Below, piece by piece: positions 19,845-28,393 of a stretch of 32,000 nt of DNA; position 1 is the first letter of the stretch; each line of letters starts with the position of its first letter. Below the pieces are notes generated by a model. The model did not search any database and had not been told where the DNA came from. It saw only the letters and a list, made by a program, of their open reading frames with translations. This stretch comes from Candidatus Iainarchaeum sp. (GTDB lineage: Archaea > Iainarchaeota > Iainarchaeia > Iainarchaeales > JACQJH01). The position numbers and the translations under genes were made by a program. The stretch covers positions 510,001-542,000 of the forward strand of contig JACQJH010000002.1 of the NCBI GenBank assembly GCA_016205145.1, in the 5' to 3' direction.

Positions 19845-22201
19845 TCTTCGAAGCTTTCGTAGGCTTCCTCGGTTTCTTCGTTGACGGATGGCCTGACTTT
19901 TTTGAGCGCATCCGCAAAGTCTTCCGGAAGAACCTGCTTTGCCTTCATCTTGTTCTTGTCCAGGGAAATCAGCGCGGCTTCCCTCACCAACCCTTCCAGG
20001 TCGGCGCCGGAAAACCCTCTTGTCTGGCCGGCAATGGCCTCAAGGGAAACTTCCTTTGACAGTGGAACGTTTCTTGTGTGGATTTTCAGGATTGCAAGCC
20101 TGCCTTTCTCGTCCGGAGCATTCACCTTTATGAGCTTGTCAATCCTGCCCGGCCTGAGCAAGCCCTGGTCGATTAAATCCGGCCGGTTCGTCGCGGCGAT
20201 GAAGACGACGTTTTTCAGCGCCTCCACTCCGTCAAGCTCGGTCAAAAGCTGGTTCACCACTCTTTCGGTCACTCCGGAATCCGTTACCGAGCCGCGCCTT
20301 GATGCAATCGAATCGATTTCGTCGAAGAAAACTATGACGGGCGCGGTCTGCCTCGCCTTCCTGAAAATCTGCCTTATGCCCTTCTCGCTTTCCCCCACCC
20401 ATTTGCTTATAAGTTCGGGGCCTTTCACTGAAATGAAGTTGGCCTCGCTTTCCGTTGCGACCGCCTTCGCCAGAAGCGTCTTTCCCGTTCCGGGCGGGCC
20501 GAACAACAATACTCCGGTCGGAGGCCTTATCCCCATTTTCTTGAAAACATCAGGGTATTTGAGCGGCCATTCGATTGCCTGCATCAGTTCTGCTTTGACT
20601 GCGTCAAGCGCCCCGACCTGCGACCATTTCACGTTCGGAATCTCGATTGTTATCTCGCGCAAGGCGGATGGCTGCACGTCCTTCAGTGCGTCCTGGAAAT
20701 CGCGTTTCATTACTTCCATGCTTTCAAGCAATTCAGCGGGAATCGTGTCCTCGTTGAGGTTGATTTTCGGAAGGTAGCGGCGCAATGCCTTCATTGCCGC
20801 TTCCTTTGTCAGGCTTTCAAGGTCAGCGCCGACAAAGCCGTGCGTTATCCCCGCATAATAGTCGAGGTCGAAATCGTTTTCCTTGACAAGCTTTTCCTCG
20901 ACAAGCGTTTTCAGGCACGGAAAATACGTTTCATCGAACGCCTTGTCCCGTTCCCTTGCATTCAGCTCTTTTTCGCGCAATGCCCTCTTCAACTCGTCCT
21001 TTTCAAATTTGGAGTTGGAATTGAAGGCGTCAAGGATTTTTTCCTCGGTTGCGGAAAGCCTGCGCTTGGACTCGTTGCCGTGCGAAAAGAATTTCGCCAG
21101 GGGCATGCCGCGCGTGTGGATCTGCAGAATGTTCTTGCGCGAGTTCCTGTCAGGGACCCCGAACTCTATTTCGCGGTCAAACCGCCCCGGCCTGCGCAGT
21201 GCCTCGTCAATCGAGTTGACCCGGTTTGTGGCGGCAATCACGACAACGTTCCCCCGCGCCTCGAGGCCGTCCATGAGTGAAAGGATTTGCGCCACAACCC
21301 TGCGCTCCACCTCTCCAATGACCTCGTCGCGCTTGGGCGCAATCGCGTCGATTTCGTCGAAAAATATTATCGAAGGCGCGTTTTCCTCGGCTTCCTTGAA
21401 AATGTCCCTGATCCTTTCCTCGGCCTCGCCGACAAACTTGCTCATTATGCTCGGAGAGCTCACTGAAATGAAATGCGCGTTGGTTTCATTTGCCACGGCT
21501 TTTGCGAGCAGTGTCTTTCCGGTTCCGGGCGGGCCGAACAACAGCACTCCTTTTGGCGGAATGATGCCGAGCTTGCGGAAAATCTCAGGATGCTTCATCG
21601 GCAGTTCTATGAGCTCGCGCACCTTGGTTATCTGCTCGTCCAATCCTCCGATGTCCTCGTATGCGACCTGCGGAATCCCCTCCAGCTCGCCTTTCACCGG
21701 CTTGTCTTTCAGCACAAGCTGCGTAAAATCAGTTATTTTGACAATGCCTTTCGGCGCGGTTTCAATGACCTTGTAGACAAAGCCGGAGCCGAAAGCCGAA
21801 ACCCAGACGCTGTCGCCCCTTACAACCGGCCTGCCGAGAAAGCTTTTTTTGAGTATGCGGTCGTAGCCTGACGCGATTATGCGGACTTCCTGAGTCGGGG
21901 CAAGGGTTATTTTCTGCGCCTCCCTTACCTCAGCCTTGCGCACTGAAACCTTTTCGCCCAGGCCTACCCCCGCATTGCGCCTGATGTAGGAGTCCATGCG
22001 GATAACGCCCTTGCCTTCATCCTCGGCGCGCGCCGGCCAGATGACTGCGGCGGTGCGCTTTGAGCCCTCGATTTCAACGATGTCGCCGGAAGTGACGTCA
22101 AGAGACTGCTTTGTCACCCTGTCAAGCATGACAATGTTGCGGCCGACGTGAGTGGGGTCGGCTTCCTCGACTTTCAGGACAATTTCCCTGCTTTCAGGCA
22201 T
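19808..22201 (-). CDS. cdc48: Cdc48/VAT-type AAA+ ATPase (N domain plus D1 and D2)
   Basis: 797 aa. Two Walker A motifs (GPPGTGKT), two Walker B motifs ([17 protein letters not shown]), an N-terminal double-psi-barrel-like region, and second-region-of-homology segments (ATNR...D.AL.RPGRFD). Confidence 0.95.
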   Translation of the reverse strand: MPESREIVLKVEEADPTHVGRNIVMLDRVTKQSLDVTSGDIVEIEGSKRTAAVIWPARAEDEGKGVIRMDSYIRRNAGVGLGEKVSVRKAEVREAQKITLAPTQEVRIIASGYDRILKKSFLGRPVVRGDSVWVSAFGSGFVYKVIETAPKGIVKITDFTQLVLKDKPVKGELEGIPQVAYEDIGGLDEQITKVRELIELPMKHPEIFRKLGIIPPKGVLLFGPPGTGKTLLAKAVANETNAHFISVSSPSIMSKFVGEAEERIRDIFKEAEENAPSIIFFDEIDAIAPKRDEVIGEVERRVVAQILSLMDGLEARGNVVVIAATNRVNSIDEALRRPGRFDREIEFGVPDRNSRKNILQIHTRGMPLAKFFSHGNESKRRLSATEEKILDAFNSNSKFEKDELKRALREKELNARERDKAFDETYFPCLKTLVEEKLVKENDFDLDYYAGITHGFVGADLESLTKEAAMKALRRYLPKINLNEDTIPAELLESMEVMKRDFQDALKDVQPSALREITIEIPNVKWSQVGALDAVKAELMQAIEWPLKYPDVFKKMGIRPPTGVLLFGPPGTGKTLLAKAVATESEANFISVKGPELISKWVGESEKGIRQIFRKARQTAPVIVFFDEIDSIASRRGSVTDSGVTERVVNQLLTELDGVEALKNVVFIAATNRPDLIDQGLLRPGRIDKLIKVNAPDEKGRLAILKIHTRNVPLSKEVSLEAIAGQTRGFSGADLEGLVREAALISLDKNKMKAKQVLPEDFADALKKVRPSVNEETEEAYESFEDHYSDFRPSYVR

Positions 22202-22252
22202 AAAAGCTCCCGAAAAAGATAGAACATGAAAAGGATTAAAAAACGGAGCCGG

Positions 22253-23086
22253 TCAGTTCACTGTTTTCACTTCGATGCCGCCGTTCGGAAGCATTGACAT
22301 TATCTCGTCAAGGGCAACGCATTTCCTGCCGAACTTTTTTTCGAATTCGGACAGGATTTTTTTAGCGCAGTCGCTTTTCTGCATTGCGCCCTGCCTGAGC
22401 AGTACGGAAAAAGCCGCGTGTTTTTTCACCGCCGCACCAGGCCCGGAAACAACGCGCAGCCCTCCATCGGTCTTTTCCACGCCGATTGAAAGGCCGATGG
22501 GCGTTTTCCTGAACCACTGCCTGTCGCCGTAAACCATGAACGCGCCTTTTCCGATGCTTTCCCCTGATTTCGCGGACTTTGAAACCTGTTCCGGGGAAGC
22601 CGAATAGACGTCGACGCTGGAAAGCTTCTGCTCCCATGCCTTTGAAAAGGATGCCGCGAAAATTGCCGCTTCCTCAAGCGTCTGCCGGGGCGCATTGCCG
22701 CTTTCGCATTTCACTATGCAGTGCGGGGCGCCGAAAACCTCGGCGTGGAAAAAAACGTCGGCCGGAAGCATGTGCTTTTTGATTGCTGTTTCATTGCTTT
22801 TCGCGTCCCTTCCGCCGATGACAAGAAAGTTGTCGCTTGAAAAAAACCAGTGGAAGGCCTCGAACCATTCCTTTTTGCGTTTCCTTGAAGGCACCAGCCT
22901 GCCTGACTCGGCTGAGAGGCCCAGCGTTTTTTTCTCGAGGGCTGCAATCCTGTCCCTTATCGCGCTTTCGGCTTCCGCCAGCCCTTCAAGCTTTTTTTTG
23001 GCGGCCTTGCCCCTGCCGAAATAATCGGATGCGTTCTGCTGCAAAGACTTTGAAAGGCTTAGTTTCAGGCGCATGTTCTCACTCAA
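22253..23086 (-). CDS. NFACT-R (DUF814) domain protein; short version of Rqc2/NEMF/FbpA-like proteins
   Basis: WFEAFHWFFSSDNFLVIGGRDAKSNETAIKKHMLPADVFFHAEVFGAPHCIVK is the NFACT-R core. It is preceded by a Lys-rich helical segment. At only 277 aa there is no NFACT-N region. The start overlaps the upstream regulator gene by 8 nt. Confidence 0.75.
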   Translation of the reverse strand: MSENMRLKLSLSKSLQQNASDYFGRGKAAKKKLEGLAEAESAIRDRIAALEKKTLGLSAESGRLVPSRKRKKEWFEAFHWFFSSDNFLVIGGRDAKSNETAIKKHMLPADVFFHAEVFGAPHCIVKCESGNAPRQTLEEAAIFAASFSKAWEQKLSSVDVYSASPEQVSKSAKSGESIGKGAFMVYGDRQWFRKTPIGLSIGVEKTDGGLRVVSGPGAAVKKHAAFSVLLRQGAMQKSDCAKKILSEFEKKFGRKCVALDEIMSMLPNGGIEVKTVN

Positions 23087-23603
23087 GGCCGCGCTTCAGT
23101 TTGACAAGCTGCACTATCGACTTGGTGCGTGAAACGTTTTTATAATGCGGTTCCGTCGCGTAAATAATCTGCTTGTCCTTTATCAGGTCGTACATTCCGG
23201 GGATCTGCTCGTAATAGCGCTGCATGTTGTGGTGATAGCTTTCAACGTCCTTGTAGATGTGCCTCAGCATCAGGTTCCACGTGCCGGAACCGATTATCGG
23301 GGAGACGCGATAAATGTGCGGGTCCTTCTGCGCCATTGCCTGCAATTTCGCAAAAACGTCCTTCTTGGACAAGTCAGCCTGCACTATTTCCATTGTCTCG
23401 AGATTGTAGCCCATTTTCCTGAAATTGAATTTCGGGCCGAAGCCTTCAAGCATGCCCTGCGCTTTCAAAAAGTCAATCGAAGACACAATCGTTGCCTTGT
23501 GGAAGCCCGTGAGCCGCTTTATTTCACTCAGATTGGGCGCAACTGCATTCTTCGAAAGCAGAGCCTCAAGAATCTTTATCCTGACGTCGTCGTCAAACCG
23601 CAT
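23079..23603 (-). CDS. Winged-helix transcriptional regulator (Lrp/AsnC-like architecture)
   Basis: ORF 23079..23693 trimmed to ATG 23603, with a TATA-like ATATAAAA 23 nt upstream. MRFDDDVRIKILEALLSKNAVAPNLSEIKRLTGFHKATIVSSIDFLKAQGML is an HTH segment. A ~100-aa C-terminal domain follows. Confidence 0.65.
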   Translation of the reverse strand: MRFDDDVRIKILEALLSKNAVAPNLSEIKRLTGFHKATIVSSIDFLKAQGMLEGFGPKFNFRKMGYNLETMEIVQADLSKKDVFAKLQAMAQKDPHIYRVSPIIGSGTWNLMLRHIYKDVESYHHNMQRYYEQIPGMYDLIKDKQIIYATEPHYKNVSRTKSIVQLVKLKRGLE

Positions 23604-23785
23604 CCCGGTAGGCAAAAAAACACCTCTTTTATATCCAATAAGCATAGTAGAACTTATTATTAATGTAATTTTATTGCATGCAAAAACGGACAATACTTAT
23701 TAATGCAGACACCGAGTATTTTATTGTGAATTACTAAGGGGGGATCAAATCCTAAATCAACAGAATTCACAACTGAAACAAAAAA

Positions 23786-23856
23786 GGGACAGGTAGGGAA
23801 CGCTCACCAGGCGGTTTGGAACAAGTGTCCATTTGAAGGCTCCCTACCTCTGTCTC
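23786..23856. other. 71-nt compound hairpin between two oligo-T tracts downstream of topA (terminator structure or small RNA candidate)
   Basis: GGGACAG-G-TAGGGA (23786-23799) pairs with TCCCTA-CCT-CTGTCTC (23841-23856), 13 bp including one G.U on the + strand. Inside are two small stems with 7-nt loops (CGC-TCACCAG-GCG and TGGA-ACAAGTG-TCCA). On the minus strand a T8 run precedes it and a T6 run follows it. Confidence 0.35.
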
Positions 23857-23868
23857 TTAAAATCTTTT

Positions 23869-23876
23869 AAAAAAAA
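23869..23876 (-). terminator. Oligo-T (T8) 10 nt downstream of the topA stop codon
   Basis: A8 run on the + strand at 23869-23876; the topA stop is at 23887-23889. Confidence 0.55.
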
Positions 23877-23886
23877 CAGCCCATTT

Positions 23887-25971
23887 TTAGCTTTTGTCCG
23901 CCGCATTTCCGGGTGCAGCTTTGCTTTTATCTGAATTGTCGTCCTTCTTTTTCCAGTCCTTTTTCGAGACGCACCCCATGTTCAGGCACATCGTGTAGGA
24001 AAAGCGCTGCGACAAAACCTTCACCATGGGCGCATTGCATTCCTTGCAGAACTCGTTCAACGGGGTTATGCTGCCCTTCTGCGGTAAAGGATACGAATTC
24101 GTGCACTTCGGGTAATTGGAGCAGCCCACGAACCTTTTCCCGGTTTTGCCGTGCCTCAAAATGAGGTTGCCGCCGCAACCATCCTTGTTGCAGGCGCTGA
24201 CAATCGAGTCGTCGCGCAAGGCGCTTCTTAAGCCGGCCGCGATGCTGTCGCGGTGCTGGAGCAGTATTCCGAGGTTGGCGAGCAGTGAATCAGTGCTTTG
24301 GTCCACGACCTCCGCTTTCGTCTTCTTTCCCGCCGCAATGAAATCCATTTCGGTTTCAAGGTCGGCAGTGAATTTCGGCCTCACTATTTCCTTGTCGTAT
24401 TTTTCAATCGAGTCGATGACCGCAAATGCTATCTTGTTTGGAACAATCGATGACTTGCCGGAAACGTACTTTCTCTGGAACAGCTTCTGGATTATCGCGG
24501 GCCTTGTCGATTTCGTGCCGAGGTTGTGGCTTTCCATCAGCGAAATGAGCGAGCCCTCCGAATACCGGCCGGGCGGCTCGGTCTGCTTTGAAAGCAGGTC
24601 GAGCTTTTTCAGCAGCACTTCATCTCCTTCGGCGAGCGGCGGCAGTATAACCTCGCTTGCCTTTGAATAAGGATAGAATTCCTTCCAGCCCTTTTTTATG
24701 AAAACCTGGCCCCTTGCGACAAAGGGTTCGTCTTTCATGAGGATTTCCACTGAAAGGTTTTCCGTCTGGGCGTCCTCGGCGAGGGTTGCGAAAAAGTGCC
24801 TGCATACAAGCTCGTAAACCTTCCACTCGTCAGCCGAGATTTTTTCGCGCTGGCACGCCGAAACCGGGTGGATTGGCGGGTGGTCGGTTGTTTCCTTCGG
24901 CCCGCGCGACGGAACAGGCTCTTTTTTTGCCAGAAGCTGTTCTGCCATTGAATGGAATTCGGAAACCTCGCGCAAGGCCTGCAATATCTGCCTCAGGTCG
25001 AGGTTTTTGGGATAGACCGTGTTGTCGGTCCTCGGATACGAAATGAAGCCGTTCGTGTAAAGGCTTTCCGCAAGCGACATTGCCCTGCTTGCGGAAATGC
25101 CGATGCCCGTGGCGGCGCGCAAAAAGCCAGTGGTGTTGAATGGAATCGGCCTGCTAAGCGTCTTTTTCGTCTTTGAAACCTTCGAGACAACGCATTTTTC
25201 CTGCCTTTTCGCCAGAACCTTTTCGGCTTCCTCCCTTTTCAGGAACCTGCCCTTCTTGTGCGAGGCCTCGAACCCCTTTTTGTCCTTTTCAAACAATGCC
25301 AAGAGCTCCCAGTAAGGGGTTGACTCGAATTTCATTCTCGCCTTTTCCCTTTCGACTATTAGCCAGAGGGTGGGGCCCTGCACTCTCCCCATTGACAGGA
25401 ATTCCTTGCCCATCCTGCCCGCCATCAGCGAAAGAAATCTTGTGAGAACGGCGCCGAATACAAGGTCTATTTCCCTGCGCGCATCCGCGGAATCCGCAAA
25501 ATTGTAGTCTACGTTGCCGAGCCTGGAAAAAGCCTCCTTTATGTCCTTGTCGATTATCGCGGAAAAATTGGCGCGCTTTATTTCGGCCTTGCCGTTTTTT
25601 TCCTTCACAAAGCGCAACGCCTCCACTCCGATGCTTTCGCCTTCCCTGTCGGAATCGGTTGCGACAATCACCGTGTCAACCTGCTGGCCGGCCCTGCGCA
25701 GCAAATCGCAGATGCGCTTTTCCGTTTCAACGTAATCAATCGGCGCCTTCGCCAGCTGCTTCAGGTCGGTGCCAAGCCAGCTTGAAAATTTTTTCGGGAA
25801 GTCCACGTCGACAATGTGGCCGCGCAATGGAACGACCACTGCCTTCCTGCCGGAATAATCGAATTCAAAAAGCTGGGCCATTCCTTCAATCTTCGTGGCA
25901 ACCCTGCCGCCGGCAAGGATTTCCGCAATCCTCTTGCCGGCAATGGCCTTTTCGGAAATAATCAGTATCAT
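23887..25971 (-). CDS. topA: Type IA DNA topoisomerase (archaeal topoisomerase I/III-like) with C-terminal zinc ribbons
   Basis: ORF 23887..26049 trimmed to ATG 25971 (MILIISEKAIAGKRIAEIL). The Toprim motif is VATDSDREGESIG. The active-site Tyr region is GFISYPRTDN. Cys-rich C-terminal segments are CNKDGCGGNL...GCSNYPKC and CKECNAPM...CLNMGC. Confidence 0.93.
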   Translation of the reverse strand: MILIISEKAIAGKRIAEILAGGRVATKIEGMAQLFEFDYSGRKAVVVPLRGHIVDVDFPKKFSSWLGTDLKQLAKAPIDYVETEKRICDLLRRAGQQVDTVIVATDSDREGESIGVEALRFVKEKNGKAEIKRANFSAIIDKDIKEAFSRLGNVDYNFADSADARREIDLVFGAVLTRFLSLMAGRMGKEFLSMGRVQGPTLWLIVEREKARMKFESTPYWELLALFEKDKKGFEASHKKGRFLKREEAEKVLAKRQEKCVVSKVSKTKKTLSRPIPFNTTGFLRAATGIGISASRAMSLAESLYTNGFISYPRTDNTVYPKNLDLRQILQALREVSEFHSMAEQLLAKKEPVPSRGPKETTDHPPIHPVSACQREKISADEWKVYELVCRHFFATLAEDAQTENLSVEILMKDEPFVARGQVFIKKGWKEFYPYSKASEVILPPLAEGDEVLLKKLDLLSKQTEPPGRYSEGSLISLMESHNLGTKSTRPAIIQKLFQRKYVSGKSSIVPNKIAFAVIDSIEKYDKEIVRPKFTADLETEMDFIAAGKKTKAEVVDQSTDSLLANLGILLQHRDSIAAGLRSALRDDSIVSACNKDGCGGNLILRHGKTGKRFVGCSNYPKCTNSYPLPQKGSITPLNEFCKECNAPMVKVLSQRFSYTMCLNMGCVSKKDWKKKDDNSDKSKAAPGNAADKS

Positions 25972-26045
25972 CGGAAACAAAGCAAATTCAAGAGCAAAAG
26001 GAATAAAAACCGGAAAGAAAAAACGGCGAACCGCGAAGCCAAAAG

Positions 26046-26792
26046 TCAAAGCCGGGCATTTCCGGAATTAAATTCTATGACCTTATTCCACAGTATAGCA
26101 CCATTTTTGTTACAAAAATCGTTAATGAACTCTCCGGTAAACTTGTTTATAACTTCGCTCTTGCGTTGTCTGAAAGAATCATTGAGTTTTTTAGATCGAT
26201 ATCCTATCGGGTCAACTATCAGAATATAGAAATCCTTGGTTCCGCTTATCCTATTCCAGAAATTCTGACCGCACATTTGGGTTATGAAACCTTTCTTCAC
26301 CAATGTTTTCTGATTTCCATACGATATGCCCAAAATGCACTGAACATCAGATATATTCCTGTTCTGCTTCACTATACGCATTGCGGTTTTGAAATCATTT
26401 TCCAATGCTTTCCATTGGCTGCTATTGCCCCAATTCAATCCAGACTTTACAGATACCAGATGTCTCGTTTTCTTTGTTTGAAATTCAAAATCAATCCCTG
26501 ATGCAGAAGATTTCGTTGCGTTAAGGGTTTTTTCCGCGACAAAAATTGCCAAGTGCTCCAAAAATTCTCCAAAAATCTCTTCCTCTGATGAAGATAACTT
26601 GGCGTCCAGTATAGATGTAACTAGCTCGCTTGCGGTTACAAGATTTTTCGCCCTATATAAGTAAGGATTCTTCCGCTTCAAGAGTTCTTTGAGGCTTGTT
26701 TTTTCCAAACTCTGTAGGCGTGCGGTGTGAAATTCTGCTATGTGTTCTTTCACAAAATCTTCCACTTCGTCCAATTGGATTTTTTTCATCAA
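26046..26792 (-). CDS. Probable type II restriction endonuclease (partner of the adjacent methyltransferase)
   Basis: It lies immediately downstream of, and overlaps, the MTase gene. There is a PD-(D/E)xK-like arrangement (GIDFEF ... HLVSVKSG). KNPYLYRAKN ... LSSSEEEIFGEFLEHLAIF resembles a type II REase family I recall only vaguely (TdeIII/Eco47II-like), so the assignment is unconfirmed. Confidence 0.55.
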   Translation of the reverse strand: MMKKIQLDEVEDFVKEHIAEFHTARLQSLEKTSLKELLKRKNPYLYRAKNLVTASELVTSILDAKLSSSEEEIFGEFLEHLAIFVAEKTLNATKSSASGIDFEFQTKKTRHLVSVKSGLNWGNSSQWKALENDFKTAMRIVKQNRNISDVQCILGISYGNQKTLVKKGFITQMCGQNFWNRISGTKDFYILIVDPIGYRSKKLNDSFRQRKSEVINKFTGEFINDFCNKNGAILWNKVIEFNSGNARL

Positions 26793-27687
26793 ATAACCTC
26801 TTTTCTGCTACCTTTTTATATTCTGACAATATGTCAATCATAAGGTAATTTCTGTTGAGCCTAAGGCATGCTACTCCCGTAGTCCCAGAACCTGCAAAAG
26901 GGTCCAAAACCAAATCATTTTCTTTTGTAAATAGGCGGATAAACCACGTCGGGAGGTCAACCGGAAACACAGCACTATGGTTCTTGTTGCCGCATTCCGT
27001 CGGCATGTGCAGAACATTTGAAGGATAAACTTTGGATTTACCGACCCAGTTTGCTATCTTCTTGCCAAATCCGCTGCCAACCTTTGAGGTGGCGCGTCTC
27101 AAATCACTGGCGCTTAAATTCGCGAGACGCGTTTTGGACCATTCCCCAACAGGCACCATGACCTCTTCCTGATACATTCTGAACTTTTTTGATTTGTTGA
27201 ACTGCAGGCACCGTTCCCAAGCATCCCTAAACCTGTTCGGCCACTTGCCAGGGTGGGTATTCTTCTTGTGCCAAATGAACTCTTCAGTCCATAGCCAACC
27301 CTGAGTCTTTAACTCTTTTATCAAATCCAAGACGTAAGTATGGCGTTCCCCGTTTTCAACCCTTTCTTTGATATTAAGAATAAATGTGCCTGTGGGCTTC
27401 AAAACCCGCAAAAATTCTTTTGATTTAGGCAAAAACCATTCCACATATTCATCCGGTGCGATGCCCCCATACGTGTTTTTCCTGCTGTCGGCATATGGGG
27501 GGGAGGTCACAATGAGATTCACTGAGTTATCGGGAACTTCTTTTAGCATTTGCCCACAGTCGCCAGTGAGATACTGGTTTACGAATGCATTGGGCGCGTT
27601 TTTACCCATATTTTCTATTATGCCGGATTGTCCTATTAAAGCATAGTTATCAGGATAAACCGTTTTTGTTTCAGAACTACCCAACAT
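26653..27687 (-). CDS. DNA methyltransferase, N4-cytosine/N6-adenine type (beta class)
   Basis: The catalytic motif IV is LIVTSPPY, near the N-terminus. The AdoMet motif I is VLDPFAGSGTTGVA, near the C-terminus. The reading frame continues 140 nt into the REase gene. Confidence 0.9.
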   Translation of the reverse strand: MLGSSETKTVYPDNYALIGQSGIIENMGKNAPNAFVNQYLTGDCGQMLKEVPDNSVNLIVTSPPYADSRKNTYGGIAPDEYVEWFLPKSKEFLRVLKPTGTFILNIKERVENGERHTYVLDLIKELKTQGWLWTEEFIWHKKNTHPGKWPNRFRDAWERCLQFNKSKKFRMYQEEVMVPVGEWSKTRLANLSASDLRRATSKVGSGFGKKIANWVGKSKVYPSNVLHMPTECGNKNHSAVFPVDLPTWFIRLFTKENDLVLDPFAGSGTTGVACLRLNRNYLMIDILSEYKKVAEKRLFDEKNPIGRSGRFCERTHSRISHRTPTEFGKNKPQRTLEAEESLLI

Positions 27688-27783
27688 TATCCACCCATAA
27701 AAAATTGCAAAAGTGATTTTTAAATGCTTGCATGGCGGATTTCCGCTCAGATTAAATAAACCGATTGGCGCGGCTACCGCGGA

Positions 27784-28266
27784 CTACAATTTTTTCTGCA
27801 GGCTCTGGCTCGGCAGGATTGCGGTCTTGGAAATTTCCGACATTACGACAAGGGTTTTCACGTCGATTATGCCGTCGACCAGGCCGACCTTGTTTATGAG
27901 CGATTCCGCGCTTTCAAGGTCGGAAACGACTATTTTTGCGAGAAGGTTGTATTCGCCCAGGACCTGGTAAAGCTCGACAATGGAATCCATTGCCAGCAGT
28001 TTTTTTATCACGTCGCGGTTCTTGGAGATTTCGGAGCGCATCTGCACGTAAATCGGGTTTTCGAAGCCCAGCGCCTTGAAGTTGAGGTTGGCCGTTATCG
28101 ATGAGACGATTCCGCGCTTTTTGAGCATTTCAACGCGCTTCTTGATCGCGACGTCCGTCAGCTTCGCCTGGCGGGCAATCGCGGAAAACGACGCCCTGCC
28201 ATCCGAAAGCAGCGCTTCCAAAATGATGCGGTCTATCCTGTCAAGCTCGACGCGCCTCAAAACCAA
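27784..28266 (-). CDS. Lrp/AsnC family transcriptional regulator
   Basis: LDRIDRIILEALLSDGRASFSAIARQAKLTDVAIKKRVEMLKKRGIV is the HTH. A C-terminal RAM/AsnC-type domain follows (YVQMRSE...VELYQVLGEYNLLAKIVV). The start is TTG as given in the ORF track. Confidence 0.85.
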   Translation of the reverse strand: MVLRRVELDRIDRIILEALLSDGRASFSAIARQAKLTDVAIKKRVEMLKKRGIVSSITANLNFKALGFENPIYVQMRSEISKNRDVIKKLLAMDSIVELYQVLGEYNLLAKIVVSDLESAESLINKVGLVDGIIDVKTLVVMSEISKTAILPSQSLQKKL

Positions 28267-28393
28267 CCCCGTTAACTATTCTAACTACAAGTGCTTAAAA
28301 ATTTAGCTTTTCTAAATGCGCCAGCCGGCTTCGGGGGATAGCAAACCAAAAAGCCCGCTGGTGTTTAATCTGTTTGCTGGCAGGATTTATTGT

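Noticed and set aside
19881-21776. Two ~298-aa ORFs (19881..20777, 20883..21776) antisense to cdc48
   Set aside because: cdc48 is unambiguous on the minus strand. The antisense products are Ser-rich and mirror each other only because D1 and D2 are homologous.
23786-23856. tRNA gene (7-bp terminal stem, ~71 nt)
   Set aside because: No D-arm can be formed: only 2 of the 4 pairs between positions 10-13 and 22-25 are possible. There is no GTTCRANYC T-loop. The nucleotides next to the acceptor-like stem pair with each other (TAGGGA/TCCCTA) to give one long hairpin rather than a cloverleaf.
26653-26792. Calling the methyltransferase or the endonuclease a frameshifted pseudogene because of the 140-nt overlap
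   Set aside because: Both frames are open and complete, with all expected motifs. Nothing in the sequence requires a frameshift. It is reported as an unusual overlap instead.
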